Of a stretch of DNA of 64,000 nucleotides, positions 29,807-40,506 are shown one piece after another (positions within the stretch are counted from its first letter, which is position 1; every line of letters begins with the position of its first letter). The translations under genes were made by a program, and so were the position numbers. The DNA comes from Candidatus Omnitrophota bacterium. GTDB lineage: Bacteria > Omnitrophota > Gorgyraeia > Gygaellales > Profunditerraquicolaceae. The notes beneath the pieces were generated by a model. That model was not told the DNA's origin, did not search any database, and saw only the letters and a list, made by a program, of their open reading frames with translations. Location of the stretch: NCBI GenBank assembly GCA_003598025.1, contig QZKH01000002.1, positions 206,206 through 270,205 on the forward strand, given 5' to 3'.

Positions 29807-30061
29807 ATGGATACGAAAGACCTTAAAGTTGAAAAGATCAGGAAGGTGCAGGGCCAGAGCAAACTTCGGGCTTTTGTGGATGTTTGCTTTGGAGAAATAA
29901 CAATCAAAGGCCTGCGGGTGGTTGAAGGGGCAAACGGTTTTTTTGTCAGTATGCCGAAATACCAGGGTAAGGATGGCCGCTGGTACAGCAATATATGCCC
30001 TAAGACAAAAGAGGCGCAAAAACAAATTAATGACCTGATATTGCAGGCATATTTGGAATAA
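29807..30061 (+). CDS. spoVG: SpoVG family nucleic-acid-binding protein
   Basis: LRAFVDV, IKGLRVVEGANGFFVSMP; GGGGGTG SD-like sequence. Confidence 0.88.
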   Translation: MDTKDLKVEKIRKVQGQSKLRAFVDVCFGEITIKGLRVVEGANGFFVSMPKYQGKDGRWYSNICPKTKEAQKQINDLILQAYLE

Positions 30062-30068
30062 GTAAAAT

Positions 30069-30107
30069 GGCTAAGGTTATGCTTGCGTAATAACCCTAGC
30101 CGGTTTT
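30069..30107 (+). terminator. Possible terminator hairpin after spoVG
   Basis: ggctaaggttat...ataaccctagcc stem followed by ggtttt. Confidence 0.45.
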
Positions 30108-30118
30108 ATATAAAAATT

Positions 30119-30628
30119 ATGAAAAACCTATATTTAGTCGGTTTTATGGGCACGGGTAAATCAAGCGTGGGCAAGCTGATCGCTAAAAAGAGAAAATGCA
30201 GGTTTGCAGACCTGGATGAATTAATAGAATTAAAAGAAAAGAAAAGTATCCCTGATATCTTCGCTAAATACGGCGAGGCGCATTTTAGAAGGTTAGAGAA
30301 AAAGGCGCTTAAGGAAATATCGCGTGAAAGTAATTTCGTGGTTGCCTGCGGAGGCGGGATAGTATTAGATAAAGAGAATATCCAGATAATGAACGAATCC
30401 GGGTTGGTCGTCTGCCTTAAAGCAAGCCCTGAAGTCATCCTGAAGCGTACAGCCGCCTCAGTTAACCGGCCATTGCTGAATGTAGAAGAACGTAAGGAGA
30501 AGATCAATATGCTTCTGAAGATACGCGCCCCTTTTTACGCGCAGATAGCCAGGCAGGTAGATACATCAACCCTGTCTATCGAAGAGGTGGCTGATAAGGT
30601 GGCCGGATGGATGAAAGAGAAGCCTTAA
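30119..30628 (+). CDS. aroK: Shikimate kinase
   Basis: LVGFMGTGKS, DLD, GEAHFRRLE, GGG, RPLL. Confidence 0.95.
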   Translation: MKNLYLVGFMGTGKSSVGKLIAKKRKCRFADLDELIELKEKKSIPDIFAKYGEAHFRRLEKKALKEISRESNFVVACGGGIVLDKENIQIMNESGLVVCLKASPEVILKRTAASVNRPLLNVEERKEKINMLLKIRAPFYAQIARQVDTSTLSIEEVADKVAGWMKEKP

Positions 30629-31701
30629 TTGCGCTGAATTTCGTTAGCGGTATCGGCGGTGTTAAATTAAAGAGGCTGCTGGATTATTTTTTCAAGCCTC
30701 AGGATATATTCCGGGCATCATCCGGAGAGCTGAGCCAGGTATCAGGGATAAACCCTGAGATTTGCAGGAAAATAAAGGATTTAAACCCGTATAACCTGGA
30801 TAAAGAATTGGCAACGGCCGCAAGGCTCGGCCTTAAGATAATCACTTTGGCAGATGCAGATTACCCAAAAGCTCTGCTGAACATAGACTCATGCCCGATC
30901 GTGCTTTATTGCAAGGGCGCCCTGAAAGAAGAAGATGCATCTGGTATCGCCGTTGTGGGGAGCCGTAAGGCAAGCTTGTACGGCTTATCATGTTCGGAGA
31001 AGTTCGCGTTTGATCTTGCCTGTTGCGGGTTGACTATAATCTCCGGTATGGCATCAGGTATAGATACTACAGCGCATAAGGCGGCGTTAAAAGCAGGCGG
31101 CCGTACCGTTGCAGTCATGGGCAGCGGGTTTAACCAGATCTATCCCAAAGAAAATAAAGAACTGGTTGATAAGATATCTGCAAGCGGCTCTGTTATTTCA
31201 GAATTCCCGATAGATACGCTGCCGCTGAAATATAATTTTCCCAGGAGAAACCGCATAATCAGCGGATTATCCCGGGGCGTATTAGTGGTAGAGGCTTCTT
31301 TGAAAAGCGGTGCGCTGATAACCGCTGATTTTGCGCTGGAGCAGGGCAAGGATGTATTTGTTATTCCGGGCAAGATAGATTCGTTTAATTCTTGCGGAAG
31401 CAATGGCCTGATAAAGCAGGGCGCAAAGCTGGTTTCAGATATAAATGATATATTACAGGAGTTTGGCCTGGAATTTTCTTGCGGCAATATTGATAGTTCT
31501 GACCCGGCGAAAAACCGCATGGATAAAGAAGAAAATGTTCTATATGATGCTATAGATGAAAAAGGCATATTTATAGACGATTTGGTATCAAAGACAGATT
31601 TTAAAATAAACAAAGTGTTCGGTTTGCTTTTTAAACTGCAGCTTAAAAAGCTTATAAAACAACTTCCGGGCAGGATATTTGCCAGGAGCAACCAAGAGTA
31701 G
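30607..31701 (+). CDS. dprA: DNA-processing protein DprA
   Basis: AVVGSR, ISGMASGID, FPRRNRIISGLS, SGALITA. Confidence 0.96.
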   Translation: MDEREALIALNFVSGIGGVKLKRLLDYFFKPQDIFRASSGELSQVSGINPEICRKIKDLNPYNLDKELATAARLGLKIITLADADYPKALLNIDSCPIVLYCKGALKEEDASGIAVVGSRKASLYGLSCSEKFAFDLACCGLTIISGMASGIDTTAHKAALKAGGRTVAVMGSGFNQIYPKENKELVDKISASGSVISEFPIDTLPLKYNFPRRNRIISGLSRGVLVVEASLKSGALITADFALEQGKDVFVIPGKIDSFNSCGSNGLIKQGAKLVSDINDILQEFGLEFSCGNIDSSDPAKNRMDKEENVLYDAIDEKGIFIDDLVSKTDFKINKVFGLLFKLQLKKLIKQLPGRIFARSNQE

Positions 31702-31704
31702 ACT

Positions 31705-33693
31705 ATGAGTAAGAAAGACCTGATAATAGTTGAATCCCCCACTAAGGCCAAGACAATAGGCAAGATCCTTGGCGATAAATTTACAGTTGTATCCTCGATG
31801 GGGCATGTAATTGACCTCCCGCAGAAGAAGCTTGGGGTCGATATTGAGAATGGTTTCCTTCCGGAATACACGGTTTTAAGCGGAAGAAACAAGGTTTTAA
31901 CCAGCCTGAAGAAGGACGCTAAGGAAAAATCCAATATTTATGTTGCGACTGACCCTGACCGCGAAGGGGAGGCTATCGGTTGGCACCTTAAGGAAAGGGT
32001 ATTTAAGAACAAGAAGGTTTTCCGCCTGGTGTTCCATGAGATAACTCCGTCTGCGATAAAAGAGGCATTTAGTAAATCGCGGGATTTTGACATGAATATG
32101 ATCGAAGCCCAGGCAAGCAGGAGGATATTGGACCGCCTGGTCGGTTATTTCCTGAGCCCGTTATTGTGGAAAAAAATAGTCAGGGGCTTAAGCGCAGGCC
32201 GGGTGCAATCTGTGGCTTTAAGGATATTGATCGAGCGTGAACGCCAGATTAATAATTTCGTTCCCAAAGAATATTGGGAGATAGAGGCGGAGCTAGAAAA
32301 AGCCGACGGTCAACGGTCCACAGACCACGGTATATTTACGGCTAAACTGGATAAAATCGATGACAGGAAGGCGGAGATAGCAAATAAGAAGCAGGCAGAC
32401 GATATTGTCGCCTACCTCTCCGGAAGGGATTTTATCGTCAGCGATATAAAGAAGACCGAGAAGAAAAAGAACCCCCTTGCCCCTTTTATCACCAGCACAC
32501 TTCAGCAGGAGGCCTTCAATAAATTCAGGTTCAATGCTACGCGCACCATGATGCTGGCCCAGCAGCTTTATGAAGGTATAGATATAGGCAGGGATTCACC
32601 CGTTGGCCTTATCACATACATGCGTACTGATTCTCCGCGTGTTGCTCCCGAAGCGATCAGGGAAGTCAGGGGAATGATCCAAAAGAAGTTCGGCGCCGAA
32701 TACCTTCCCAAAGAACCTAATGCCTACAAAGTAAAGAAACTCGCCCAGGAGGCGCATGAAGCAATAAGGCCGACTATGATAGATAGCGCGCCGGATGCAT
32801 TCAAGGATTTCCTGACCCCCGACCAATACAAGCTATACGAGCTTATCTATAACCGTTTTGTATCCAGCCAGATGACTCCGGCAAAATACCTGACGACTAC
32901 GGCAGCCATTGAATGCGAAAAGTATTTGTTCAGTGCTTCAGGAAGCGTATTGACATTTGACGGTTTCCTTAAATTATATGCCAATAACGAAGAGGAAGAA
33001 GATAACAGCGAAAGCCAGAAGAATAAAATACCGGAATTAAAAAATGGCGAGGTGCTAAAACCGCAGAAATTAATCCCTTCCCAGCATTTTACTAAGCCCC
33101 CGGCAAGGTTTTCTGACAGTTCCTTGGTAAAGGCGCTTGAAGAAGACGGGATAGGCCGCCCCTCTACTTATGCCCCGATTATCCAGACCCTGATACTCAG
33201 GGATTATGTGCGCAGGATTAAAGGCTATTTCCACCCTACGGAACTCGGGACAAAAGTAGTTGAACTCTTGATCGAGTATTTTCCCAAGGTCATGGACCTT
33301 AAATTTACCGCGCTCATGGAAGAAGAGCTGGATGAGATTGAAGAGGGAAAATTAAAGAGAGCTGATGTCTTAAATCAATTTTATTCCAGCTTTAAGGCAA
33401 ATTTAGATTTTGCACAAAAGAACATAAAGAAAGAAGTCATAGAGACGGACCAGGTATGCGAGTCTTGCGGGAAACCCATGATAGTAAAATGGGGCAGACG
33501 GGGCAAATTTTTAAGCTGTTCCGATTTTCCCAAGTGCAAGAGTTCAAAATCGATAACCAGCGGAGTCAAATGCCCTGAAGCTGGATGCGGCGGCGAGCTT
33601 ATTGAGCGCCGTTCCAGGCGCGGATTTTTTTACGGCTGTTCCAATTTTCCTAAATGCAGGTTTACCTCGAGGACTTTACCCGAGGAAAAATAA
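31705..33693 (+). CDS. topA: DNA topoisomerase I
   Basis: IVESPTKAK, ATDPDREGE, SAGRVQS, ITYMRTDS, GIGRPSTY; two C-terminal Zn ribbons. Confidence 0.97.
   Translation: MSKKDLIIVESPTKAKTIGKILGDKFTVVSSMGHVIDLPQKKLGVDIENGFLPEYTVLSGRNKVLTSLKKDAKEKSNIYVATDPDREGEAIGWHLKERVFKNKKVFRLVFHEITPSAIKEAFSKSRDFDMNMIEAQASRRILDRLVGYFLSPLLWKKIVRGLSAGRVQSVALRILIERERQINNFVPKEYWEIEAELEKADGQRSTDHGIFTAKLDKIDDRKAEIANKKQADDIVAYLSGRDFIVSDIKKTEKKKNPLAPFITSTLQQEAFNKFRFNATRTMMLAQQLYEGIDIGRDSPVGLITYMRTDSPRVAPEAIREVRGMIQKKFGAEYLPKEPNAYKVKKLAQEAHEAIRPTMIDSAPDAFKDFLTPDQYKLYELIYNRFVSSQMTPAKYLTTTAAIECEKYLFSASGSVLTFDGFLKLYANNEEEEDNSESQKNKIPELKNGEVLKPQKLIPSQHFTKPPARFSDSSLVKALEEDGIGRPSTYAPIIQTLILRDYVRRIKGYFHPTELGTKVVELLIEYFPKVMDLKFTALMEEELDEIEEGKLKRADVLNQFYSSFKANLDFAQKNIKKEVIETDQVCESCGKPMIVKWGRRGKFLSCSDFPKCKSSKSITSGVKCPEAGCGGELIERRSRRGFFYGCSNFPKCRFTSRTLPEEK
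32307..32332. repeat. In-frame heptamer array inside topA
   Basis: cggtcaa-cggtcca-cagacca-cggta, encoding GQRSTDHG. Confidence 0.7.
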
Positions 33694-33699
33694 CCGAGA

Positions 33700-34560
33700 A
33701 TGCAAAGGTATATCGAGAAATTCATCAGGTATCTGGAGATCGAAAAGAACTATTCTGCGCATACGCTCTTGAATTATAAGCTCGACCTGGAGCATTTCTT
33801 CAGTTTCCTGGGGTCATCTCCGGTTGAAGGCGTGGATTATATAACTCTGAGGAAATACCTTGCAACACTCAAAGATGCAAGCCTCGGCAACAGGTCCATA
33901 GGCAGGCATTTATCTACCCTGAGGACTTTCTTTAAATTTCTTACCCGCGACGGATTCATAAAAACTAACCCGATGCTCAGTCTTTCCAGCCCTAAAATAG
34001 AAAAGCACCTTCCCCAGTTCCTTACCGAAGAGGAGGCCAGCCGGCTTATAGAGGCGACTGTCGCAAAGGATGAATCAGGCTTAAGGGACAGGGCCATACT
34101 TGAGACTTTCTATAGCACAGGCATAAGGATCAGCGAGCTTGTTTCGCTTGATACCGATGATATTGATTTTATAAGCGGAGTGGTAAAAGTCGAAGGTAAA
34201 GGCAAAAAAGAGAGGATCGTGCCTATTGGTGATAAGGCGTTGTCTGCGATAAGGCAGTATATAGATAAAAGAAAAAAAGAATTTGATGCCGTATTCTTGA
34301 ATAAAAACGGCAAGCGTATCAGTACGCGGGGAGTAAGGAGTATAGTTGCAAAATACATCAAGGCATCGGGTTTAAAACACGGGGTCTCGCCGCATACTAT
34401 CCGGCATTCTTTCGCCACGCACCTTTTAAACCGCGGGGCAGATTTAAGAAGCGTGCAGGAACTCCTGGGGCATGTAAACCTTGCCACAACCCAAATCTAT
34501 ACCCATCTTACTACCGACAGGCTGAAAAATATTTATGACAAGGCGCATCCGCGGGCTTAA
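33700..34560 (+). CDS. xerC: Tyrosine recombinase XerC
   Basis: RDRAILE...TGIRISE, GKGKKER, HTIRHSFATH, LLGH, TQIYTH; dprA-topA-xerC context. Confidence 0.88.
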   Translation: MQRYIEKFIRYLEIEKNYSAHTLLNYKLDLEHFFSFLGSSPVEGVDYITLRKYLATLKDASLGNRSIGRHLSTLRTFFKFLTRDGFIKTNPMLSLSSPKIEKHLPQFLTEEEASRLIEATVAKDESGLRDRAILETFYSTGIRISELVSLDTDDIDFISGVVKVEGKGKKERIVPIGDKALSAIRQYIDKRKKEFDAVFLNKNGKRISTRGVRSIVAKYIKASGLKHGVSPHTIRHSFATHLLNRGADLRSVQELLGHVNLATTQIYTHLTTDRLKNIYDKAHPRA

Positions 34561-34565
34561 CTATT

Positions 34566-35828
34566 ATGACCATACTGATTGATTTATTGTACTTTATCGG
34601 CTTTATATTTTATCTGCCTCTGCTTGTCTTTAAGGGAAAACTGCATAGAGAGTTTTTCTTCAGGCTTGGGTTTATACCTAAAGTATATATGGAGAACCCT
34701 ATCTGGATACACGCCGTAAGCGTCGGCGAAGTCATGGCCATTAAGAAGCTGGTTTATGAATTAAAAGCCGCGTTTCCAAGAAAAAGGTTTGTTATCTCGA
34801 CAGTCACCGCTACCGGAAATAAGGTCGCCAAGACCTTAGCCGGCGGCAGGGATTACGTGACCTATCTTCCTTTTGATTTCAGTTTTATTGTCAGCAAGGT
34901 CATGCGCAGGATAAAGCCTTCTTTATTCATCGTAGCAGAAACAGAGATCTGGCCTAACCTGATAAACTATCTGCACCATAACAATATTCCTTTAATAACA
35001 ATTAACGGCAGGATATCCGATAAATCCTTCATAGGATACAAGAGGATCAAGTTTATCCTGAGACACATCCTGAATAAGGTAAGCTTGTTTTGCGTGCAGA
35101 CAGAAGAAGATGCCAAAAGGCTGATGGCTCTTGGGGTGGGCCTTGATAAGATGGATATTACAGGCAACCTTAAATTTGATTTAAACTATGGTAACGAGGT
35201 AAACCCTGAGAATTACAGGTCGCGGCTGGGCATAGTTTATAATGAAAAGCTTTTTGTCGCAGGCTCTACCCATAAGGGCGAAGACGAGATAATCTTCAGC
35301 GTATATAAGCGGATGCGCCAGTCATCAATAAATATAAAATTATTGATCGCTCCCAGGCACCCGGAAAGGGCCAGGGATGTCGCCAGCCTCGCTAAGAAAT
35401 TCGGATTCAACCCCCAGTTGATATCTGCCATCCCTTTTATCTGCGAGACGTGTATTACGCAGCCGGTATTTATTCTGGATACCATAGGCGAACTCCCTGG
35501 TTTTTATAGCGCAGCCGATATAGTTTTTATCGGGGGCAGCCTTACGAAGAACGGCGGGCATAATATAATTGAGCCGGCAAGTCATGCCAAGCCTGTGCTT
35601 TTCGGGCCGTGGATGTTTAACTTCCGCGAGATAGCCAGGATGTTTCTGGATAAATCAGCAGCAATAATGGTCAGGGATGAAGACGAGCTTTTTAACAAAG
35701 CAGTCGCCCTTCTCAGGAATGAATCTGAAGCCAGCTTATATTCGGAAAGGGCAAAAGAACTGGTTTTAAAACATAGAGGGGCAACAGCAAGGACATTAAA
35801 ACATATAATGAAGTTCATAACTAAATAA
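34566..35828 (+). CDS. waaA: Kdo transferase
   Basis: WIHAVSVGE, ETEIWPN, TGNLKFD, AGSTH, APRHPER, GGHNIIEP. Confidence 0.95.
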   Translation: MTILIDLLYFIGFIFYLPLLVFKGKLHREFFFRLGFIPKVYMENPIWIHAVSVGEVMAIKKLVYELKAAFPRKRFVISTVTATGNKVAKTLAGGRDYVTYLPFDFSFIVSKVMRRIKPSLFIVAETEIWPNLINYLHHNNIPLITINGRISDKSFIGYKRIKFILRHILNKVSLFCVQTEEDAKRLMALGVGLDKMDITGNLKFDLNYGNEVNPENYRSRLGIVYNEKLFVAGSTHKGEDEIIFSVYKRMRQSSINIKLLIAPRHPERARDVASLAKKFGFNPQLISAIPFICETCITQPVFILDTIGELPGFYSAADIVFIGGSLTKNGGHNIIEPASHAKPVLFGPWMFNFREIARMFLDKSAAIMVRDEDELFNKAVALLRNESEASLYSERAKELVLKHRGATARTLKHIMKFITK

Positions 35829-35834
35829 CCGTTT

Positions 35835-38800
35835 ATGTCAGGATATTTCTTAATTTTTATTTTTATCAGTGTTGTTTTTATTGCTTATTCCTTTTACGGG
35901 ATGCTCCCGGCGGATTCAAGAAGCCGGAAGAAAAAAGGAAGAAGCAAATTTCCCGCCGGTAACGCAGACCAGGAGTTATTCAATAAAGAGCAGAAGATAA
36001 TAAACCTGGAAAACAGCCTTAACGAACTGCAGTTTGACCTGGAGAAAGCCCAGGCAGAGCGCGCCGGACTTGAGAAGCAGATTGAGGAGTTAAAAAGGTC
36101 CAAGTCGGAAGCCGAAGATAAATTAGAAAAGAGGCAGTCATGGGTTGATAAGGATAGCCAGGAGTTCGGGAAAGTCAAAGAGCAGAGCGCAAAATTGCAG
36201 AAAGAATTCCTGGAAAAAGAAAAGCAGCTTCAGGAAGAGTTTGCAAAGAATGTAAATCTAAACAGGGATGTAAATAATCTGAACATCAAGATACAAGGGC
36301 TGGAGAATGATATAAAAAATAAGGATGAACAGATCGAGCTGTCAAGGCACAGGATAGACAAGCTCACTAATGACCTTGAAGGGCTCAAAGCTCTCAGTAA
36401 TAAATTACAGAAGGAAAAAGAAATAAGCGAATGGGTGCCTAAAAGTGAATTCAGTAAATTAAACGAAGAGTATACTCAGCTTGAGAACGAACTTTTTGAA
36501 AAAGACGAGAAGATAAAGCGTTTCAGTGATGAGATAGTGCACTTAAATGATGAGCTTAAAAAAGTAAAGCTGCACCCTAAGGAAGAGCCTGCAGCAGAAG
36601 ATAAGCCCGCTGATTTAGTTAGCCAGGAAACAGAAGCAAAACCTGCTGAAGAAAAAGCGCCGTTGCCTGAAGCTAAGGAAGAGAATGCAGGGGCCGCTAA
36701 CGAAGAAGTAAAAGCAGCAGAGGAAAGCCAGGAGAAGACAGCCGCAGAAGAGCCGGTTACTGAAGAAGCAGAAAAAGCGGCGCAGGAGCCTGAAGCCCAA
36801 GAGGCAAAAGCTGCAGAGACAGAAGAAAAGACCGCAAAAGACAAATCTTCCAAAGAGCAAGTAGCAGCCCTTCCTAAGACCGAGCTGCATAAAATAAGGA
36901 ATATAGGCATAATGGCGCATATTGATGCCGGTAAGACTACCGTCAGCGAAAGGATACTTTTTTATACCGGACGTTCGCATAAAATCGGTGAAGTCCATGA
37001 AGGCAAGGCCCAGATGGACTGGATGAAACAGGAACAGGAAAGAGGGATTACAATAACTGCTGCGGCAACTACCTGTTTCTGGAAAGACCACCGTATAAGC
37101 CTGATAGACACTCCTGGCCACGTTGATTTTACGGTAGAGGTTGAAAGAAGCCTGCGTGTTTTAGACGGAGCCGTAGCTGTATTCTGCGCAGTAGGAGGGG
37201 TGGAACCGCAGTCAGAGACAGTTTGGCACCAGTCTGATAAATACAGCGTGCCAAAGATCGCTTTTGTAAATAAAATGGACAGGGTCGGCGCGGATTTCTT
37301 TTTTGTCTTGAGGGATATGGCGGATAAGCTCGGGGCTAATGCGGTAGCAATACAGATACCTGTGGGCCAGGAAGATAAATTCAGGGGGGTAATCGACCTT
37401 CTGGAAATGAAGGCATATATATATCACGACGATACGATGGGCAAGGATTACAGCGTAGAAGATATACCGCAGGAATTTATGGATGCGGCTAAGGAGTACC
37501 GCCATATAATGATTGAAAAGGCGGTTGCCTTTGATGAAGCCCTGATGAAAAAATATCTTGAGGCAGAAGATTCCATTACAATAGAGGAGCTTATATCTGT
37601 GATCAGGTCTGCGACGATTACCAATAAACTTGTCCCGGTCCTCTGCGGTTCAGCTTTTAAAAATAAAGGAGTGCAGAAACTCCTGGATGCGGTTAATATG
37701 TATTTACCGTCTCCCGCTGACCTTGCCGAGGTAGCCGGACACGACCCGAAAGATAAATCTATCGAGATAAAAAGAAAAAATAACTATCAGGAGCCTCTTT
37801 CTGCCCTGGCTTTTAAAGTACAGTCAGACCACCATGTAGGAAAGATCGTTTATGTGCGGGTTTATTCAGGCGTGCTTTCATCAGGGACTTATATCCTGAA
37901 TTCCGTGAAAAATAAAAAGGAGAGGGTGGGCAGGATCGTCCTGATGCATGCCAATCAAAGAGAGAATATAGATAATGCATTTGCCGGGGATATCATCGGC
38001 GTCGTTGGTTTGAACAATACCGTGACCGGGGATACATTATGCTCTGTGGAAAACCCGATACTTCTTGAAGCTATGGAATTTCCTGTCCCGGTTGTTTCTT
38101 TAAGCGTTACACCTAAGAGCAGGCAGGACCAGGATAAATTAGGCAGGGCGCTTGCCCGGCTGCTTGAAGAGGACCCAACTTTTATGGTAAGTTCCGACCA
38201 GGAGACAAAGGAGACGCTGCTTACCGGTATGGGCGAGCTGCATCTTGAAATTATAGTAGACAGGCTCAAAGAGGAATTCCAGGTGGAGGCCATAGTCGGC
38301 CAGCCTAAAGTCGCCTATAAAGAGACCATCCTGAATTCAGCTACGGCAGAAGGTAAATATATAAAACAGTCGGGTGGTCGCGGCCAGTACGGCCATGTAG
38401 TCATGGAGGTTTTGCCTAATGAGCAGGGCAAGGGGTTTGATTTTATCGACAGTATTAAGGGCGGCGCAATACCCAGGTCATTCATACCGGCAGTTGAGAA
38501 AGGCGTTGTTGAAGCTATGCAAAACGGGGTATATGCCGGATACCCCGTGGTTGATGTCAAAGTGAACCTTCTAGACGGTTCTTATCACGAAGTAGATTCG
38601 TCGGAACTGGCATTTAAGTTCGCCGCAATATTCGGGTTTAAGGAAGCGTTTTTAAAGGCGACACCTGTATTGCTTGAGCCATATATGGCGCTTGAGGTAA
38701 GCACGCCTGATGAATTCGCCAATAGTATCGTAGGTTATATCTGTTCGCGCAGGGGTAAGATCCTGAACATGGAAACAAAAGCAAAACAGAAACTGGTTTT

Positions 38801-38975
38801 TGCGGAAGTCCCGCTTGCCGAGATGTTCGGATATGCTACTGCATTCCGTTCTTTGAGCAGCGGCAGGGCCAATGCCCAGATGCATTTCTCCAAATATTTA
38901 CAGGTGCCGAATGAAATAGCGCAGAAGATAATAGAAGAAAATAAAGACAAGAAAGAAGGCAGGGCAAATGGGTGA
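35835..38975 (+). CDS. fusA: Elongation factor G with ~350-aa N-terminal TM, coiled-coil and acidic-linker extension
   Basis: [64 protein letters not shown]; single continuous ORF. Confidence 0.92.
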   Translation: MSGYFLIFIFISVVFIAYSFYGMLPADSRSRKKKGRSKFPAGNADQELFNKEQKIINLENSLNELQFDLEKAQAERAGLEKQIEELKRSKSEAEDKLEKRQSWVDKDSQEFGKVKEQSAKLQKEFLEKEKQLQEEFAKNVNLNRDVNNLNIKIQGLENDIKNKDEQIELSRHRIDKLTNDLEGLKALSNKLQKEKEISEWVPKSEFSKLNEEYTQLENELFEKDEKIKRFSDEIVHLNDELKKVKLHPKEEPAAEDKPADLVSQETEAKPAEEKAPLPEAKEENAGAANEEVKAAEESQEKTAAEEPVTEEAEKAAQEPEAQEAKAAETEEKTAKDKSSKEQVAALPKTELHKIRNIGIMAHIDAGKTTVSERILFYTGRSHKIGEVHEGKAQMDWMKQEQERGITITAAATTCFWKDHRISLIDTPGHVDFTVEVERSLRVLDGAVAVFCAVGGVEPQSETVWHQSDKYSVPKIAFVNKMDRVGADFFFVLRDMADKLGANAVAIQIPVGQEDKFRGVIDLLEMKAYIYHDDTMGKDYSVEDIPQEFMDAAKEYRHIMIEKAVAFDEALMKKYLEAEDSITIEELISVIRSATITNKLVPVLCGSAFKNKGVQKLLDAVNMYLPSPADLAEVAGHDPKDKSIEIKRKNNYQEPLSALAFKVQSDHHVGKIVYVRVYSGVLSSGTYILNSVKNKKERVGRIVLMHANQRENIDNAFAGDIIGVVGLNNTVTGDTLCSVENPILLEAMEFPVPVVSLSVTPKSRQDQDKLGRALARLLEEDPTFMVSSDQETKETLLTGMGELHLEIIVDRLKEEFQVEAIVGQPKVAYKETILNSATAEGKYIKQSGGRGQYGHVVMEVLPNEQGKGFDFIDSIKGGAIPRSFIPAVEKGVVEAMQNGVYAGYPVVDVKVNLLDGSYHEVDSSELAFKFAAIFGFKEAFLKATPVLLEPYMALEVSTPDEFANSIVGYICSRRGKILNMETKAKQKLVFAEVPLAEMFGYATAFRSLSSGRANAQMHFSKYLQVPNEIAQKIIEENKDKKEGRANG

Positions 38976-39621
38976 CCTAAAATCCAGGGGAATGGAAAAA
39001 CTGGAAAAGAAGATGCAGTCTATTGATGCTGATTCCATGCGTTACAGGATACTTGAAAGTGCAAAGATGTTTAAGTCTTCATGGATAGACTTAGGACAGG
39101 CGCTATATTCGGCCTGGAAAGACAAGCTTTATAAGAACTGGGGCTATCAGCAGTTTGAGACATACAGCGTAAAAGAGCTTGGTATCCGCAAGCAGACAGC
39201 CTTAAAATTATTGAGGTCTTATTTTTTCCTTGAAAAAGAGGAGCCCGCCTTTCTTAAAAGAGAGGCGCTTGAATCACTTGAGCCTTCTCATGTGCCTAAC
39301 TATGAGTCAGTTGATATGCTGCGTTCGGCAAAAAGCAGGAAGATATTAGATGAACAGGATTATTCAGAGCTTAAGAAAGATATTCTGGAAAAGGGCAAAG
39401 ATTACCGTGACGTAAAAAAGGGCCTGACAGAGCTTATAAGGCAGCGTAATGAGCTTGAGCCTGATGAGGCAAGGCAGCAAAAAAGGCAGGCTTCTTTAAA
39501 GAGGCTGCTGGGCTTGCTGCGTTCAGTAAAGAAGGAAGCTGAAGTTTCTAAATTCCTTCCCGAACCCGTACTGAAGGATGCGGAGAGCCTGATAAAAAAG
39601 ATAGAATCGCTTCTGGAATGA
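38968..39621 (+). CDS. Hypothetical helical protein overlapping the EF-G fusion stop
   Basis: 217-aa ORF with an 8-bp overlap; WIDLG...[13 protein letters not shown]...LGIRKQTA resembles helical nucleic-acid-binding folds (inference). Confidence 0.75.
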   Translation: MGDLKSRGMEKLEKKMQSIDADSMRYRILESAKMFKSSWIDLGQALYSAWKDKLYKNWGYQQFETYSVKELGIRKQTALKLLRSYFFLEKEEPAFLKREALESLEPSHVPNYESVDMLRSAKSRKILDEQDYSELKKDILEKGKDYRDVKKGLTELIRQRNELEPDEARQQKRQASLKRLLGLLRSVKKEAEVSKFLPEPVLKDAESLIKKIESLLE

Positions 39622-39639
39622 TTTTATTGGAGGGGATAA

Positions 39640-40503
39640 ATGCAGACGAATAAAATATTCTTAAGCTTAGTATTGTTTATTTCTGGTGTTTTCTTAAGTG
39701 CTGTTTACGCGGAGCAGGCTTTTGAAGACAGGCCTTTTTCAATTGACGCTTATAGCAGGTATATACCGGAGAGTTCCGTCGAATCAATGCCGGGTAAAAT
39801 AGAGGTCTCTGATTCTGAATTTGAAATAAGCAGGGAATTTAAACTATATGATAAGCTTCCGGTAAAACTGTCGTTCAATAATCGTTTCATCGATTTAAAG
39901 GATTCTGTCCCGGTCAGGCTGCCGCCTAAATTAGTCGGCCTTTCCTTTGACGTAGAAACGACTGTGTATTTCTTTAATCTAAAAAATACATATTTGCGTT
40001 TGGGCATAACCCCGTCGTCATTCAGGGACGACTGGGACCTTGAATCTTCCAGTTTCCGCATTCCTTCCAGGGCATTAGTAATATACCAGCCCCAGAGCCG
40101 ATTGACATTTATCGCGGGGTTAGCCTGGTATCCTGATTTTGAAATTGAATTACTTCCGGTGATCGGTTTTATCTATAAGCCGAATGATAAACTCACATTC
40201 AGGATGGTGCCGGACAGGCCCGCTGTAAATTTCCGCTTGAATGATAAGATTACTTTATTTGCGGAGGGCAGCGCTAACTTAAATGAATTCGAAGTGACAA
40301 GAGGTAATGAGGAGAATGTTATCTTACAATACAGGCAGGCGGCTTTAGCTACAGGCCTAAGGTTTATGCTTAATGAATATACCCAGTTATCTTTATCGGT
40401 GGGCCAGGCATTTAACCGTCAGCTTAAGTACCGTGACGATAGCGCAAAAGTCAATATTGACAGTAGCGTTTTCGGCGAATTAAGGCTTGAGATAAGGATA
40501 TAA
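39640..40503 (+). CDS. Putative outer-membrane beta-barrel protein
   Basis: Signal peptide, alternating beta-strand pattern, LLPVIGFIYKP motif, C-terminal LEIRI strand. Confidence 0.7.
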   Translation: MQTNKIFLSLVLFISGVFLSAVYAEQAFEDRPFSIDAYSRYIPESSVESMPGKIEVSDSEFEISREFKLYDKLPVKLSFNNRFIDLKDSVPVRLPPKLVGLSFDVETTVYFFNLKNTYLRLGITPSSFRDDWDLESSSFRIPSRALVIYQPQSRLTFIAGLAWYPDFEIELLPVIGFIYKPNDKLTFRMVPDRPAVNFRLNDKITLFAEGSANLNEFEVTRGNEENVILQYRQAALATGLRFMLNEYTQLSLSVGQAFNRQLKYRDDSAKVNIDSSVFGELRLEIRI

Positions 40504-40506
40504 TCA

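Noticed and set aside
31140-31934. Long antisense ORFs (264 aa here; also 14435-15025 and 62929-63537)
   Set aside because: They are shadows of well-supported + strand genes and show no independent motifs.
33700-34560. Integron or phage integrase driving the cassettes
   Set aside because: At 286 aa with no visible IntI-specific insertion and in the standard dprA-topA-xerC context, it is best read as housekeeping XerC.
36583-36870. Repeat-element origin for the EF-G acidic linker
   Set aside because: The low complexity is codon-periodic (GAA/GCA), with no 7-mer or 8-mer units.
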